Part shown: positions 47,526 to 58,302 of the stretch, piece by piece
Numbering within the stretch: position 1 is the stretch's first letter
Layout: each line of letters starts with the position of its first letter
Source of the DNA: Psammoneis japonica
Taxonomy: Eukaryota
Assembly (NCBI GenBank): GCA_008632985.1
Contig: QPGO01000117.1
Location: 62,001 to 126,000, forward strand
Direction of reading: 5' to 3'
Length of the DNA: 64,000 nt
Translations under genes and position numbers: made by a program
Notes under the pieces: model-generated
What the model was told of the DNA's origin: nothing
What the model saw: only the letters and a program-made list of their open reading frames with translations
The model's database searches: none

Positions 47526-47830
47526 TTAGGGCCTAGTCTATTCTACGTGTGGTGCTGGTCGAAATTTTGGATTTTCGTTCCCCAACAACACCAACCACGC
47601 CGAGAGAACACGATGCTACTGGCTTGCGTAGAATCTACGACAGTGTCTGGTTCACGATGTGGCATATTTTAAACATACGAATATGCAAATTCATTAATGA
47701 AGGCTCAATAAAACTTGAAGCACTAAGTAATTTCCGTTGAGTGAGCCCTCCGACAAGACGAACGGAAAAGGAAGAAGTTCTTAAAAAACGACATGCATGT
47801 ACAGTACACCCAATTTCGTCATCCACGACA

Positions 47831-48784
47831 ATGAGATTTTTGACGGTGTCTTTTCTTCCGCTTGTGGCAATCTTCTCCTTTTGCCCGGTCACACCCACCA
47901 ATGCTAGCAAAATTGTTGACGTCCTCGACCGAGGCTTTTGGAAGGGTCTCGGCAAAGCCGCACCTTCGCTTGCCTGTTTTTTGCGACTGGGCTTGTTGCA
48001 ATACGACCCGGTTGATTACGATCGTTTCTCGGACTTTTTTCGTTCGGATTCCACATGGAGACTCGCCGAAACGGGATCCTTCAAAGGTCCCGATGAGATT
48101 AAAGAGTACAATATAGCGGGTGCCGGATCGTCCGCCTACTATTTGCAAGATCCAATTATTGAGAATTTGCAATTCTCCTTTACAAGGTTCGACAAGGACA
48201 GTCGAGTTTGTGAATTTTCGGCCACGGCCATATCAACGCTAACGTCCGATCCGACCGTGACGGGTGCCAATGTTCAATTTAGATCTGGCACCTTTACAAA
48301 GATTTACGTGGATTTGGTGGAAGGATACGTGAAGGATGCCCGGGTTTTTCTTGATAGAGGCTTTTGGAATGAAGCCTTGCCGCTGGTACAAGACACACCG
48401 GAAACAAAACAGTACGTCTGCAAGGTCATGACGGTGGATTGTTCTGGTATTCTACCAACCCAAACCTTGGACGAGTGTTTGGAGCAATTGGAAGATTTGC
48501 CCTTCAATACCGTGGATGGGGATATTTTCCGATACCAAAAGGATTCCGTGAGTTGTCGGACGCTTCATGCTAACTTTGCTCCTACGTCTCCCACAATTCA
48601 TTGTCCCCATCTTGCCTTTGATGGAATGCCTGATCCCATGGGTTTGATAAAATGTCAAGACGACGTTGATAATGGTGATTTGACCTTTGAGGATCTGTTC
48701 ACAGAGAAAGAATTGGAAGATTTCCGGAGGTACCAACTCGACAACGGACTGGGGGAATCTGGTACAGTGATTGTTAACCTGTGA
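47831..48784 (+). CDS. Secreted hypothetical protein
   Basis: Signal peptide MRFLTVSFLPLVAIFSFC...; Cys-containing C-terminal CRTLHANFAP...HCPHLAF...GLIKC; single clean ORF. Confidence 0.75.
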   Translation: MRFLTVSFLPLVAIFSFCPVTPTNASKIVDVLDRGFWKGLGKAAPSLACFLRLGLLQYDPVDYDRFSDFFRSDSTWRLAETGSFKGPDEIKEYNIAGAGSSAYYLQDPIIENLQFSFTRFDKDSRVCEFSATAISTLTSDPTVTGANVQFRSGTFTKIYVDLVEGYVKDARVFLDRGFWNEALPLVQDTPETKQYVCKVMTVDCSGILPTQTLDECLEQLEDLPFNTVDGDIFRYQKDSVSCRTLHANFAPTSPTIHCPHLAFDGMPDPMGLIKCQDDVDNGDLTFEDLFTEKELEDFRRYQLDNGLGESGTVIVNL

Positions 48785-49065
48785 ACGAAAAGAAAAAATT
48801 CACCATAGCATATGCTTTGACATGACGGATCTAGGATGACACAACAACAGATGGATTCGACTTCTTCTGAATACTGTAAACGAAATCGAATCAACGTCGT
48901 GCAGTGGTGCGTCGCAGATTTGTCAAGTATTGCCAAGCTCGTTAAAGCTGAAGATTGTTAGAACTGAACTCATTTCATAGCCTAACATGATGCTACCATG
49001 TTTCTTTATTCTCCTCTTCTGACCACTGCGTTTCTCAAGGGACTCAACTTTTGTACGGTAACAAT

Positions 49066-50298
49066 TCACGCATGTTCAGATGTTGATGCTGTTTCTCCAA
49101 TGAATTCGTCATTTATAATGCTGAATCGATAGATAGTGCTACCATGGGCTGGTAATGGTGGAACTTGAAACTTCAAGAGGTTGCCAAACGTGTATATTCC
49201 CACCTCCTCGTTGGTCCACAAGTCCGTGACCTTCACGGTTTCGGACGATGCGGGAATGACACCAATCTCTTGTGCTTGAAACACAATGGGCTCATTTCCA
49301 GGCTTATCGGCCCAATGGATCACCATGGCAACTACGTCTCCACCCGTGACGGTCGTGGCATAAATGGAATAGGTTGCGTTCCGATCGCTGCATCCAATAT
49401 AACAAAGCGCTTGTTTGGAATTGACATCTTGATTAATGGCAATCAAATTCTCATTGGTAACAATTGTCAGTGTCTCGCTTGTCACCGTGTCGAGATCCAT
49501 GCCCAAAATCAAGGGCGCCTTGGCCATGGCCCACATTGCAAAGTGTGACTTTTGCTCTTCCAGCGTCAAGTGGCCATTGCCCAGCTCGAGCATGTCTGGA
49601 TCAGCCCAAGCGCCCGGTCCGGTATGAGGCGCACAAGCTTGACTCTGTAAGAAATTGCGCTTGATGGAATCCCATTCGGGTTCAATGTCCCCCGTGGTTC
49701 GCCACACGTTGCCCACTTGGCCTGCCCAGTTGCACGTGTTTTCTGCTCCCCATTGACAGAGAGAATACAAAATGGGCCGGCCTGTTTTAGCCAGAGCGTC
49801 GCGCATTTTGGGATACCGCTCCAAAGACGAAATACCCTGATTGTAACAATTGTCATACTTTAAATAATCGACACCCCACGAGGCAAATGTGGCGGCGTCT
49901 TGGTCTTCCCGACCCAGACTTGCCGGCAAGCGCTGACACGTCATGGTGCCGGCCGATGTGTAAATGCCGTACTTTAAACCCTTGGCGTGAATGTAGTCAC
50001 CAACTGCCTTCATACCGTCGGGAAACTTGTATGGGTCTGCTTGATACGTGCCGTCTAGTGTGCGATTTTTTGACATCCAACAATCGTCGATGTTGACATA
50101 CGTGTATCCCGCATCTTTCAAGCCCAACTCCACGACCTTGTTTGCAGCTTGTTTAATGACTGTCTGATTAATGTCGCAGAAGAACTTGTTCCAAGAGTTC
50201 CAACCCATGGGGGGGACTCTTGCCAAGCCATTGTCGAGAGCAAGAGTAGTAATGGGTAGTACATGTAGCAGCGACGCAAACAACGGGAGCTTCAGCAT
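49066..50298 (-). CDS. Alpha-galactosidase, glycoside hydrolase family 27 (secreted)
   Basis: LDNGLARVPPMGWNSWN, YVNIDDCW, WGVDYLKYDNC, WRTTGDI, WADPDMLELGN. Confidence 0.96.
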   Translation of the reverse strand: MLKLPLFASLLHVLPITTLALDNGLARVPPMGWNSWNKFFCDINQTVIKQAANKVVELGLKDAGYTYVNIDDCWMSKNRTLDGTYQADPYKFPDGMKAVGDYIHAKGLKYGIYTSAGTMTCQRLPASLGREDQDAATFASWGVDYLKYDNCYNQGISSLERYPKMRDALAKTGRPILYSLCQWGAENTCNWAGQVGNVWRTTGDIEPEWDSIKRNFLQSQACAPHTGPGAWADPDMLELGNGHLTLEEQKSHFAMWAMAKAPLILGMDLDTVTSETLTIVTNENLIAINQDVNSKQALCYIGCSDRNATYSIYATTVTGGDVVAMVIHWADKPGNEPIVFQAQEIGVIPASSETVKVTDLWTNEEVGIYTFGNLLKFQVPPLPAHGSTIYRFSIINDEFIGETASTSEHA

Positions 50299-51768
50299 GG
50301 TGCTTTCTGTTCTTGTCAAATTGAAAAATCTAAAAAGCGGAGACATGTGAGATTATCTGTTTGTCTGTAAACATTTGAATTGGTTTTCGTTTGTAGAGAT
50401 GCTGTGGCAGTTCTTGGCAAAATTTGAACAAAAATGGCGCACGCCAAAAATTGAAAATCTGGCAACCTGCTCTCTAGAGAGTCTAGCCTGAAACCCAATC
50501 ATCATCATCATCGCCATGCCGGATCGTTTTTTGCATACCACATGGACGATTCGTACCATTAGCCCGTTTGCGGTTCCCTCTCTAATTCCATTAAAGCACT
50601 GGAAGAATCACTGACGAGGCATCTGAGAAGCGTCGCTAGTTCAGAAGAAGAATGGGCATGTGGAGGTACTTATGTTTCAGCGTCGTGTATTGAATTACAC
50701 AGTCGTACAAACAATCACAAGCGCAAGAGACCTAGTAGTCGGCATTTTCATTTGGATATATACGAACAAGACGCTCCGACTGCGAAAATTATATTGTGCT
50801 TTGCCAATCACAACAACCATACAGACGAGAACGCTGCGACTGTGAATTCGTTTTCGTTCTTACTATCTCGAGGCAATTGCGACACAATTTTTCAATGGTT
50901 TGAATCCAATTGTGCCTGTATTGTCGGATTGCAACCCTATTCCCGACGCCTACAAATGTCGTGTCGGCCTTGACCACGTGGACCAAACTCATGGACCATG
51001 ACAGCGACACCAGCAACAAGCCGTTGCACTTGTCTTTTGCTGTGCCCCAAAACAAAAATCTAAACAAAATTTCCTTTTCCATTCCACCGCTGTCCTTGAC
51101 GAGGCTGTGTCGAAAATTGGAGCCAAAATCAAAGAAAGTAAAAGGATCGAATGATTCTACTGGCGAAACTAGTGATAATGAGGGGGAGACGGCTGAACAA
51201 GTCAGAAAGGACTCATCTGGGGAGAAGGCTCTTGTGGAGACGACTCGAGTTCAGCAGCAGTCGCCAAGGCACAACAGCAGTCGAGCGATGCAGCTTCGCT
51301 CATTGATGATGACGAAAACAAGGAGAATGAGCTAACAAGCTCAAGTCTCTTGAAGGCCATTTACCAATTCGCATGGGAGCCTTTCATATGAATATCGAGT
51401 CCTTTCCTCTCATACGAGCTTCTTCCGCCGTTGCGGTGTTGGCGTGTGATGGCCGTTGTCGATTCTTGGACGAAGCACATTTGGATTTTCTCTTGGAGGA
51501 ACTATCAAGCATGATTTTTAATCAAGTACTATCCACAACAACGCAAGCAGAAAACACGAGAGAGAATGATACTGTACCTAGAAACTAGTTACGGATATCC
51601 ACAATAGCTGCTTATTATGATTATTATCTATTCTCCGAAAGACTTTCCTATCTCGAAGCATTCGACCCAGAAGTTGTAACACTCCATTGACCTACGCAAC
51701 ATCTTCTCCGCCTGCGCTATTGAGCTGTTGGTGCGACATGTTTATCCAGCACCGTTGCCTCGACAACG

Positions 51769-54453
51769 TCATGTTGCGCCTCTGAGTTTGGAAGCTAGGC
51801 TCTCACGGGAAGATAATGATTCTCCTTCTGAGATGTTTGACGAGCTGAGGGTGGCGCTACATTGTAGTTCGGGCCCTGGTTCTTTCAAATCTTTCTTTTC
51901 CGCCATTTGCGTACAAACACCGTCGCGATCTTCGATCCATTCACAAACAGGTCGAGTTGAATCGCCATTCCCTACCTTGCGCGCCTGTGAAGAATCGTGT
52001 CTCGAATCTTCTAGAATACTCCAACCACGCGATCTTGCTTCCAAGGAAAGAAGTGACGATTTGATCCTGGCTTCATCTAAAAGGCTCATCTTTTCAGCCT
52101 GCTGCTTTGTTAAACTTGGTACATCCCAGATGTTGCTATCACCAGAGGCAGCATTGCATTCGCATTGTTGCTTCAAGACTGCCATTAGGAGTGGCAAGTG
52201 GCAAATGCTATGGTCAGTGCTTTGATCGAATGTCGGATGTTTCCCGTCATCATGAATGGCTATCCCTGAAGATTCGCTGCTCGCCACTATGGGAACTTCT
52301 TCACATTGCGACAAGACGACGGTAGACAAATCGTCATCATCTGAAGAATTATCACCACCTCCAGATGGTTCCGGCGTAGCAAAGTCAAACACTTGGGCTT
52401 TTGATGATGTTGTATCAGGTACGCTCGTACTGCTTTGGGTTTCCGATGCGCTTGAGGAGCTCGCAACAATCTCATTGTCGGAAGACAGGGACGAAAAGTT
52501 GGTTGCTACTCGAACGGTGTTCTTTGATACCGTTGGCATGGGTTTTGCTACACTTTTGACAGTGATGGCTGCAGCGGCTGTCTTGGCTTGTTTCTTTTCT
52601 ATCTCGCTATCAGTAGCATCATTTGTGGGTCCCTCACGACACTTAGAATCCCCACTATCCTCGATGCCTTTTCTTATATTGGCTGAGCGCATCAATTCCT
52701 TATGGATTGTAACAGTGCCAACGCTGGCATTCATGTTCTCCGCACAATCATCAAACAAAGAAGAAGAAGAAGTGTTGAGTTTTGATACGTCGGCTTTGTT
52801 CTCGACTGCAAAGCCTCTCGCCATGTTGGTTTTCTGGTCGATCTCCTTGCCATGGGGAGCGCAGAGAATTTGCCGGGAGCAAGCAAAGCCACGGAGAAAT
52901 TCCATAACTGTTACTTCCTCCCGAAGTGAAGATCTGCTATGCGACAGCTCGTGGTTTGACAAAGTGTCGATACGGAAGCTATTTGAACCTGCCGTCTCCG
53001 CCTCTTCCAAGCTGGTGTCTTCAACTTCTGATCCATCCTGTTTCAGTTCTTTGCCGTTTGGACCTCTGTGCCCACCTCTTAATTCTTCACTATCAAGTGG
53101 AAGAAAAAAATTGGCGAAATTGAAACATTGTATACCAATATCAACAGGCTCGTAGTCGCAGCCACTGACTTGAGAGTCTTCGACAATCGCAATAGGTTCT
53201 TGAAATCTAACCTTCTTCTCTTTTACTGGAATTTCTGTGGCTGGAGTGGCTTCCTTCTCGGTGATTTCAAAGTTGCCACCTTCATCGGTATAGATTGTCA
53301 AGAGTGGTTTATCTAAATCTTTGGAATGCTCTCCTTCACGTTGAGATGAGAAGCTATTGCTTTTACTAGCCGCCTCCAACGTATCTTTCGATTCATTGCG
53401 CAGGATTTCGTCGTTTTTCACTCGTTCCTCGTTCTCTGTCTCCTTCGAACGAGAATCGGTAATTGGCACGCTTTCGCTCACTCCATCGCTGTCTCTGTCA
53501 TCTTGAGCGCCACTTTGTTCCGATATCGAGGAACTTTCAAACAATATCTCTTGCACGAGTACCATATCGCCATCTTGGCGTTCGCAGGATGCGCCATTCA
53601 CATTTTGAGTTCCTTGGGTGGAATCGTCACTGTCCTCCGTATGCGTACCGAAATCTCCAGTCATGTCACTCACATGGTTGCTTTCGAAGTAGATGTTAGG
53701 ACTAAAATCATTAACTTCATTTGCGCCCTCAGTTGCATCGTGATTGTCGTCCGTCATGATGCCGTCGTATTTCATAGCTTCTTCAAGATTCGGTTCTTGC
53801 TCATCAATGTCGATGGCCGATAGTGCACTAATTGCCCAGTTCAGGTCGTTGATAAGCTTCTTTTCTTTTGACCCGTTGAGAACTATGGCGGCCCGCCCCA
53901 TAATGGTCATTATCTTGTCCTTCGTGGACAGGTGGTCTCCGATTCCTGCACTATGACAATTTAAATTTCCTGCGCAGCCACCACTTTTAACTTCCAACCC
54001 CTTGATTTCTTTTTCAAATTCGTAATTCATTTCATGATTTAGGTCTGTAATCAACCCATCGACTCTTGTCATGAGGTCGAAGGTTGAAGCGACTTTCAAT
54101 GGAAACCCATCTCCTTCTGAATGTTGCATGATTGTGCCGGAGAATGCAGAGCTATCGATTGTGTCGGTGGTTTCAACTTCCAAACTCTGCTGTCTGGTGG
54201 ATGTAATCATCTCTTTCTCAAAGCTTTGGATAAATTGCGTGATATTTCGACGACTTTTGGGTGTCGTCGATGTGCTACTCCGCGCGGGTGATGATGATTC
54301 TTCGACCTGACTGACCTGGCAAGCAGCATCTCGTTCCTCGTTTCCATCTTGATGGCTGACAGATGCGCTGCCACATTGGACAGCGGATATTACCTTGTCC
54401 TCTGAGATGAAATCAGGAGGTTCATCCTCCCTTTGCTCCGCTGTCTTCGTCAT
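51769..54453 (-). CDS. Hypothetical acidic/Ser-rich, largely disordered protein (894 aa)
   Basis: 2.7-kb uninterrupted ORF with ATG; no recognised domain. Confidence 0.7.
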   Translation of the reverse strand: MTKTAEQREDEPPDFISEDKVISAVQCGSASVSHQDGNEERDAACQVSQVEESSSPARSSTSTTPKSRRNITQFIQSFEKEMITSTRQQSLEVETTDTIDSSAFSGTIMQHSEGDGFPLKVASTFDLMTRVDGLITDLNHEMNYEFEKEIKGLEVKSGGCAGNLNCHSAGIGDHLSTKDKIMTIMGRAAIVLNGSKEKKLINDLNWAISALSAIDIDEQEPNLEEAMKYDGIMTDDNHDATEGANEVNDFSPNIYFESNHVSDMTGDFGTHTEDSDDSTQGTQNVNGASCERQDGDMVLVQEILFESSSISEQSGAQDDRDSDGVSESVPITDSRSKETENEERVKNDEILRNESKDTLEAASKSNSFSSQREGEHSKDLDKPLLTIYTDEGGNFEITEKEATPATEIPVKEKKVRFQEPIAIVEDSQVSGCDYEPVDIGIQCFNFANFFLPLDSEELRGGHRGPNGKELKQDGSEVEDTSLEEAETAGSNSFRIDTLSNHELSHSRSSLREEVTVMEFLRGFACSRQILCAPHGKEIDQKTNMARGFAVENKADVSKLNTSSSSLFDDCAENMNASVGTVTIHKELMRSANIRKGIEDSGDSKCREGPTNDATDSEIEKKQAKTAAAAITVKSVAKPMPTVSKNTVRVATNFSSLSSDNEIVASSSSASETQSSTSVPDTTSSKAQVFDFATPEPSGGGDNSSDDDDLSTVVLSQCEEVPIVASSESSGIAIHDDGKHPTFDQSTDHSICHLPLLMAVLKQQCECNAASGDSNIWDVPSLTKQQAEKMSLLDEARIKSSLLSLEARSRGWSILEDSRHDSSQARKVGNGDSTRPVCEWIEDRDGVCTQMAEKKDLKEPGPELQCSATLSSSNISEGESLSSRESLASKLRGAT

Positions 54454-54674
54454 GGTTGGGGTTATTGACGAAACAAGCCAGAAAGAAGAAAATGTGAGGA
54501 AACCCTTTTTCGGCGAAGCGCGTTGTCACATTCCATTTAAATTTACTTATTCGTACATTTATGAATTATAAATATGATCAAATACAGTTGTGAAAGCGAT
54601 CAATTCAAACGACACACTCAACGTCTTGTTGGGATTGTACCATACAGGCGCATGTGCTTCCCACGATCGAAAAT

Positions 54675-55000
54675 CGAGCTAGCTACCGGTAGCTACAGGG
54701 TTAGCTCTACAGGAGCTCTACTCTCTCTCTACTCTCTAGAGAGCTATGTCTACTCTCTAGAGAGTAGTAGCTACTCTCTAGTAGCTAGCAGTGGAGTAGC
54801 TCAGAGTAGAGTACAGTAGTAGTAGTAGATAGCTCTACTCTCTACTCTAGCTAGAGTAGCTAGAGCTTCAAGCTAGTAGAGTAGATAGTAGAAGTAGCTC
54901 TCTAAGCTACTCTTTACTCTAGATGGCCTATTCATATAGCTACTAGAGCTACTTCACTAGCTAGAGAGAGAGCACCGGTAGCTCTACAGTAGCTATGAGC
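54675..55000. repeat. TA-rich low-complexity island (CTAG/AGCT/GTAG/AGAG words)
   Basis: For example gagctagctaccggtagctac and ctctactctctagagagctatgtctactctctagagagtagtagctac. Confidence 0.9.
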
Positions 55001-55427
55001 ACTGGACATACATGGGAGGCATATTCACGATTTTTGTTCAATAAGAAGGTTTGGACTATTGATTCCATGTATGTACAGAGTGATTCAAGAAATTAGTGTG
55101 CTTTTTGCTATCTCCCGGTCGGCCCGTGAGCACAACAAAGAAAGCAAAGACTACAAAAACAGGTCGCGAGGCATCAAGCATGGTGGAATCGGAGTCTTGC
55201 TTTTCTCAAGACTCATCAAGAACATACGCCTGTTTCTTCTCTAAGCACATCTATAACATGTAGGTCTACTCTAGAGACTACTCACTCCATCGCATCAAGG
55301 ACACAGATACGAGGATTTTCACAAAACTTCTGACCTTAATTCGGTCGAGAAAGAGACGGAGATAATAGCGGCAAAGGATTAGAAACGTACTGACCTGTAC
55401 GTTGCAGTAGGCGCCATCTTGGTCTCT

Positions 55428-56624
55428 TCAAGGGTACGAACTCGAGAATTCCACTTCATGGATAAGAGACAATTTCCGGAGTTTGCAGCAGATGCACATG
55501 TGTTGCGTTGGTAGTGCTCGCGGCAACGATGGGTTTGCTTCTGGGGTAACAATCGCGTCGTTTGACGATGACTGATCAGGAGAGCTCAGGCCTTGTTGGA
55601 TGACGGTTGGCAGCAACGAGCTTTCAATCCTGGCACGCGAAGACACCACCGGCATGAGTGGAGGCAGAGGAATGTCGCCCGTATTCGACGTGCTGGCACC
55701 ATCATGCGGAGTTCGGTCTTGCAACGAGGAGGGTGAAGAGGGGTCAGTTTCTGGTGTCACAACCGCACTGGTAGACGATGACTGTTGCGGGGTTGGCAAC
55801 AACGAGCGATCAACCAAAGTGCGCGAAGACACGTTGGGGATTGGTGGAGGCGGCGGAGTATGACCTGCTCGCGTCTCGTCATTCTTGGGTAGAGCCTTTT
55901 GCTTCTTCCGGCTCGCTTGCCGGGTAGTTTTCTTCTTCCTCTTCGACCTGTCGCTCTGGTCGTTGTAGATATTTTTCTCAATTTCTTCGTGCGTCGCCTC
56001 AAGAACGCCGTACTTGATCCAGCACTTGAAATCCTCGTACTTGTCCGGTACACCAAGTACCGCTTCTTCAAGTGGAGGTAGTCCCTTACCCGTGACGCCC
56101 TTGATCTTCTTGCCACGTAAGTAGAGATAAAAGTTCGTTTTGTAGAACTCAACGTCGGTCTTGGGTATCTTTAGTGAATGCTTCACGTAGTGACGAAACT
56201 TGGTCCATTCTTCTGATACTCGATTGCGAGTGTTTCTCGATCTGAGCATCCAAGTTCCGGGAGGGGGAGTTTTAGAAGCTGGTCGGGAGGTCTTCTGCGT
56301 AGTGTTCGCAGCGTCTTCCTCGAGGGCCATCAGGAAATGTGTCCATTCCCCGGGGGATCCATAAGGAGTCGTGTCCAATTGCGTCTCGCCAGGAATCTGA
56401 AGATAATCATTCTCTTGATTCTCTTTTTCGCTATCATTCTTCTGTTTCAAGTGTCGCCACTGCTGAAGCACGCGCCTATGCTGCTCGTCGTCGTTGCCTG
56501 CAGTGTTTCTTGAGAGGAACTCGAATTCAAATTCGGATAACGACACGATTTGTTCCAAAGTGCGACCCACTTCTTTGCAAAGAAAGTCGAGCGGGCTGTT
56601 TGGAATCGGTGTAAAGTTCGACAT
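55428..56624 (-). CDS. Hypothetical protein with an internal ~45-aa duplication; 3' end possibly spliced
   Basis: Long ORF from ATG 56624; PPIPNVSSRTLVDRSLLPT...VVTPE repeated as PLMPVVSSRARIESSLLPT...IVTPE; basic NLS-like tract. Confidence 0.6.
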   Translation of the reverse strand: MSNFTPIPNSPLDFLCKEVGRTLEQIVSLSEFEFEFLSRNTAGNDDEQHRRVLQQWRHLKQKNDSEKENQENDYLQIPGETQLDTTPYGSPGEWTHFLMALEEDAANTTQKTSRPASKTPPPGTWMLRSRNTRNRVSEEWTKFRHYVKHSLKIPKTDVEFYKTNFYLYLRGKKIKGVTGKGLPPLEEAVLGVPDKYEDFKCWIKYGVLEATHEEIEKNIYNDQSDRSKRKKKTTRQASRKKQKALPKNDETRAGHTPPPPPIPNVSSRTLVDRSLLPTPQQSSSTSAVVTPETDPSSPSSLQDRTPHDGASTSNTGDIPLPPLMPVVSSRARIESSLLPTVIQQGLSSPDQSSSNDAIVTPEANPSLPRALPTQHMCICCKLRKLSLIHEVEFSSSYP

Positions 56625-57125
56625 GGCGTTGGCGAGTTGCACTGTGCCAATCAAATTGGCATGTACAACTCACCTCTCACTCACCACCTAGTGTTGGATT
56701 GTGGGAAGCTTCTTGAGTTGGAAGCGACACGGTAAACCGCAGAAAGTGTCATTTCGCGTTCAATGCTGACAGATTGCATTCCGATGTTCCGTACCGTTTA
56801 GAGAGTAGAACCCAACGTGCTGTTCCGTGCCAACAACGCGCCGCAGACATATGAGACTCTACGGCATTTCCTCGTAGCAGAAAGTTCCTGTTTTTGGCGC
56901 AGAAGTTGCTTGTCACGCACAACGTCACAAACGTCACAGCGGTGCGCGCCGAAACTGCAGCAGGTGGGAGGTGTCAAAAAACCGGGCGTCACCAAAAGCA
57001 CCGACAGGGACCAAACGAGTCGAGGCAGATCAAAAAGGGACAAGGCGGGAAACGCGACTCAATATCATCATCATGTCATACAGAATTCTTAGAAGAAAGG
57101 AGAAGCAGGACGAAATTCGAGCACA

Positions 57126-57674
57126 ATGGTCGCTTTTTCTCCGCTCGCTGTTGATGCATTGGAAACAGCCACGGACGATGGAAAAATGGAAGATACGGTT
57201 TTGTCGCCCTGTCTCTCATTTGATTCCCTATCCGAAACTCTTTTGCAAGGAGAGCCTTATTTCGACTTTGATAGTGATACCGAAGCACTCTTCCAAGAAC
57301 CCCAAAACCAAACGAACGAGGAAGTTGTGGTTCCCAAGTTCTCCCCAAGCAAAGTGAACCGCATTTACATCGAAGAACCGTCGAGCAATGACATTCTGGT
57401 TGGAAGAGGTGGAAAATCGAATAACCACAAGGGAAACAAGATATTTCGCCGCACAATCCTCAACAAGCGCCGCGAATGTCCCAACTACAAGCGAATGGAA
57501 AAGGTGCAAAAGACGCGCCTGACTTACGAGATGACACGTGACCTTGCACTGCGTGTCGGACGCTTTGTCAAGAAGGAGACAACGTCGGACCGCTACTATC
57601 TGCTTACACTCTCGGAGGCCAGGAGGAAAGTCGCTCAGGCAATGCGGGAGCAGAGGACGCCCAAGTTGATTTAG
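57126..57674 (+). CDS. DUF6824-domain protein (diatom-expanded family)
   Basis: NDILVGRGGKSNNHKGNKIFR...GRFVKK...EARRKVAQAMRE. Confidence 0.85.
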   Translation: MVAFSPLAVDALETATDDGKMEDTVLSPCLSFDSLSETLLQGEPYFDFDSDTEALFQEPQNQTNEEVVVPKFSPSKVNRIYIEEPSSNDILVGRGGKSNNHKGNKIFRRTILNKRRECPNYKRMEKVQKTRLTYEMTRDLALRVGRFVKKETTSDRYYLLTLSEARRKVAQAMREQRTPKLI

Positions 57675-58302
57675 AGTCGCCCGAAGAGGACATGGGACAG
57701 CACGTGTTTTCACATGCAGTAGAAAAGAATTAGACGACTCCATCTGCTACCTGATAGATCTGAATGGTGGCGTTTGGAGCTTTTGATTACATCAGATACA
57801 TATATAATAAATACATACAATAAAAACAGGTGTGGATGCGGTTTGTAAATGCTTCGAGAAAGGTGATTGCTGTACAGTAGAGCTTTTTTGTTTTACTTAA
57901 TGAGTTATAATAGACACCCGCCAGCGAATGTGGCTTCTCCAACCCTCCTATCGCTTTTATGGCTTGCTAAAATAGGTTTTCCAGTTGGAAGTCGTAGACG
58001 AGAGACGATCGCAAGAAAACGGGACAACACCGGCCGGAAGCGTCATAATTAATGAGCGGATGTGCTATCCAAAATTTCAAAAAGCTGTATAGGATTGTAC
58101 GGAGGAACTTAGTATTGATGCTCATCTATTGCCCCCGTGCGTCATCCGTCTGGACGGCGCCCGAGATTCGATTGATTTTCAGAAAGCCGAAAAAAAGACG
58201 TTGGCAACAAAATGAGCGCAAAGCATCGTTCACTTCGGTCAAAAGGAGTTGCCGTTGTTTCGATTCAGCCCCCACTTATCTTTACCACCATATTCTATTA
58301 CT

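Noticed and set aside
47510..47540. Helitron 3' end (CTAG|T) at the edge of block C
   Set aside because: No convincing GC-rich subterminal hairpin, no matching 5' end and no Rep/helicase remnant recognised.
50660..51590. Possible small gene between the GH27 gene and the 894-aa ORF
   Set aside because: Only short disjoint ORFs with no recognisable motif; could not build a supported model.
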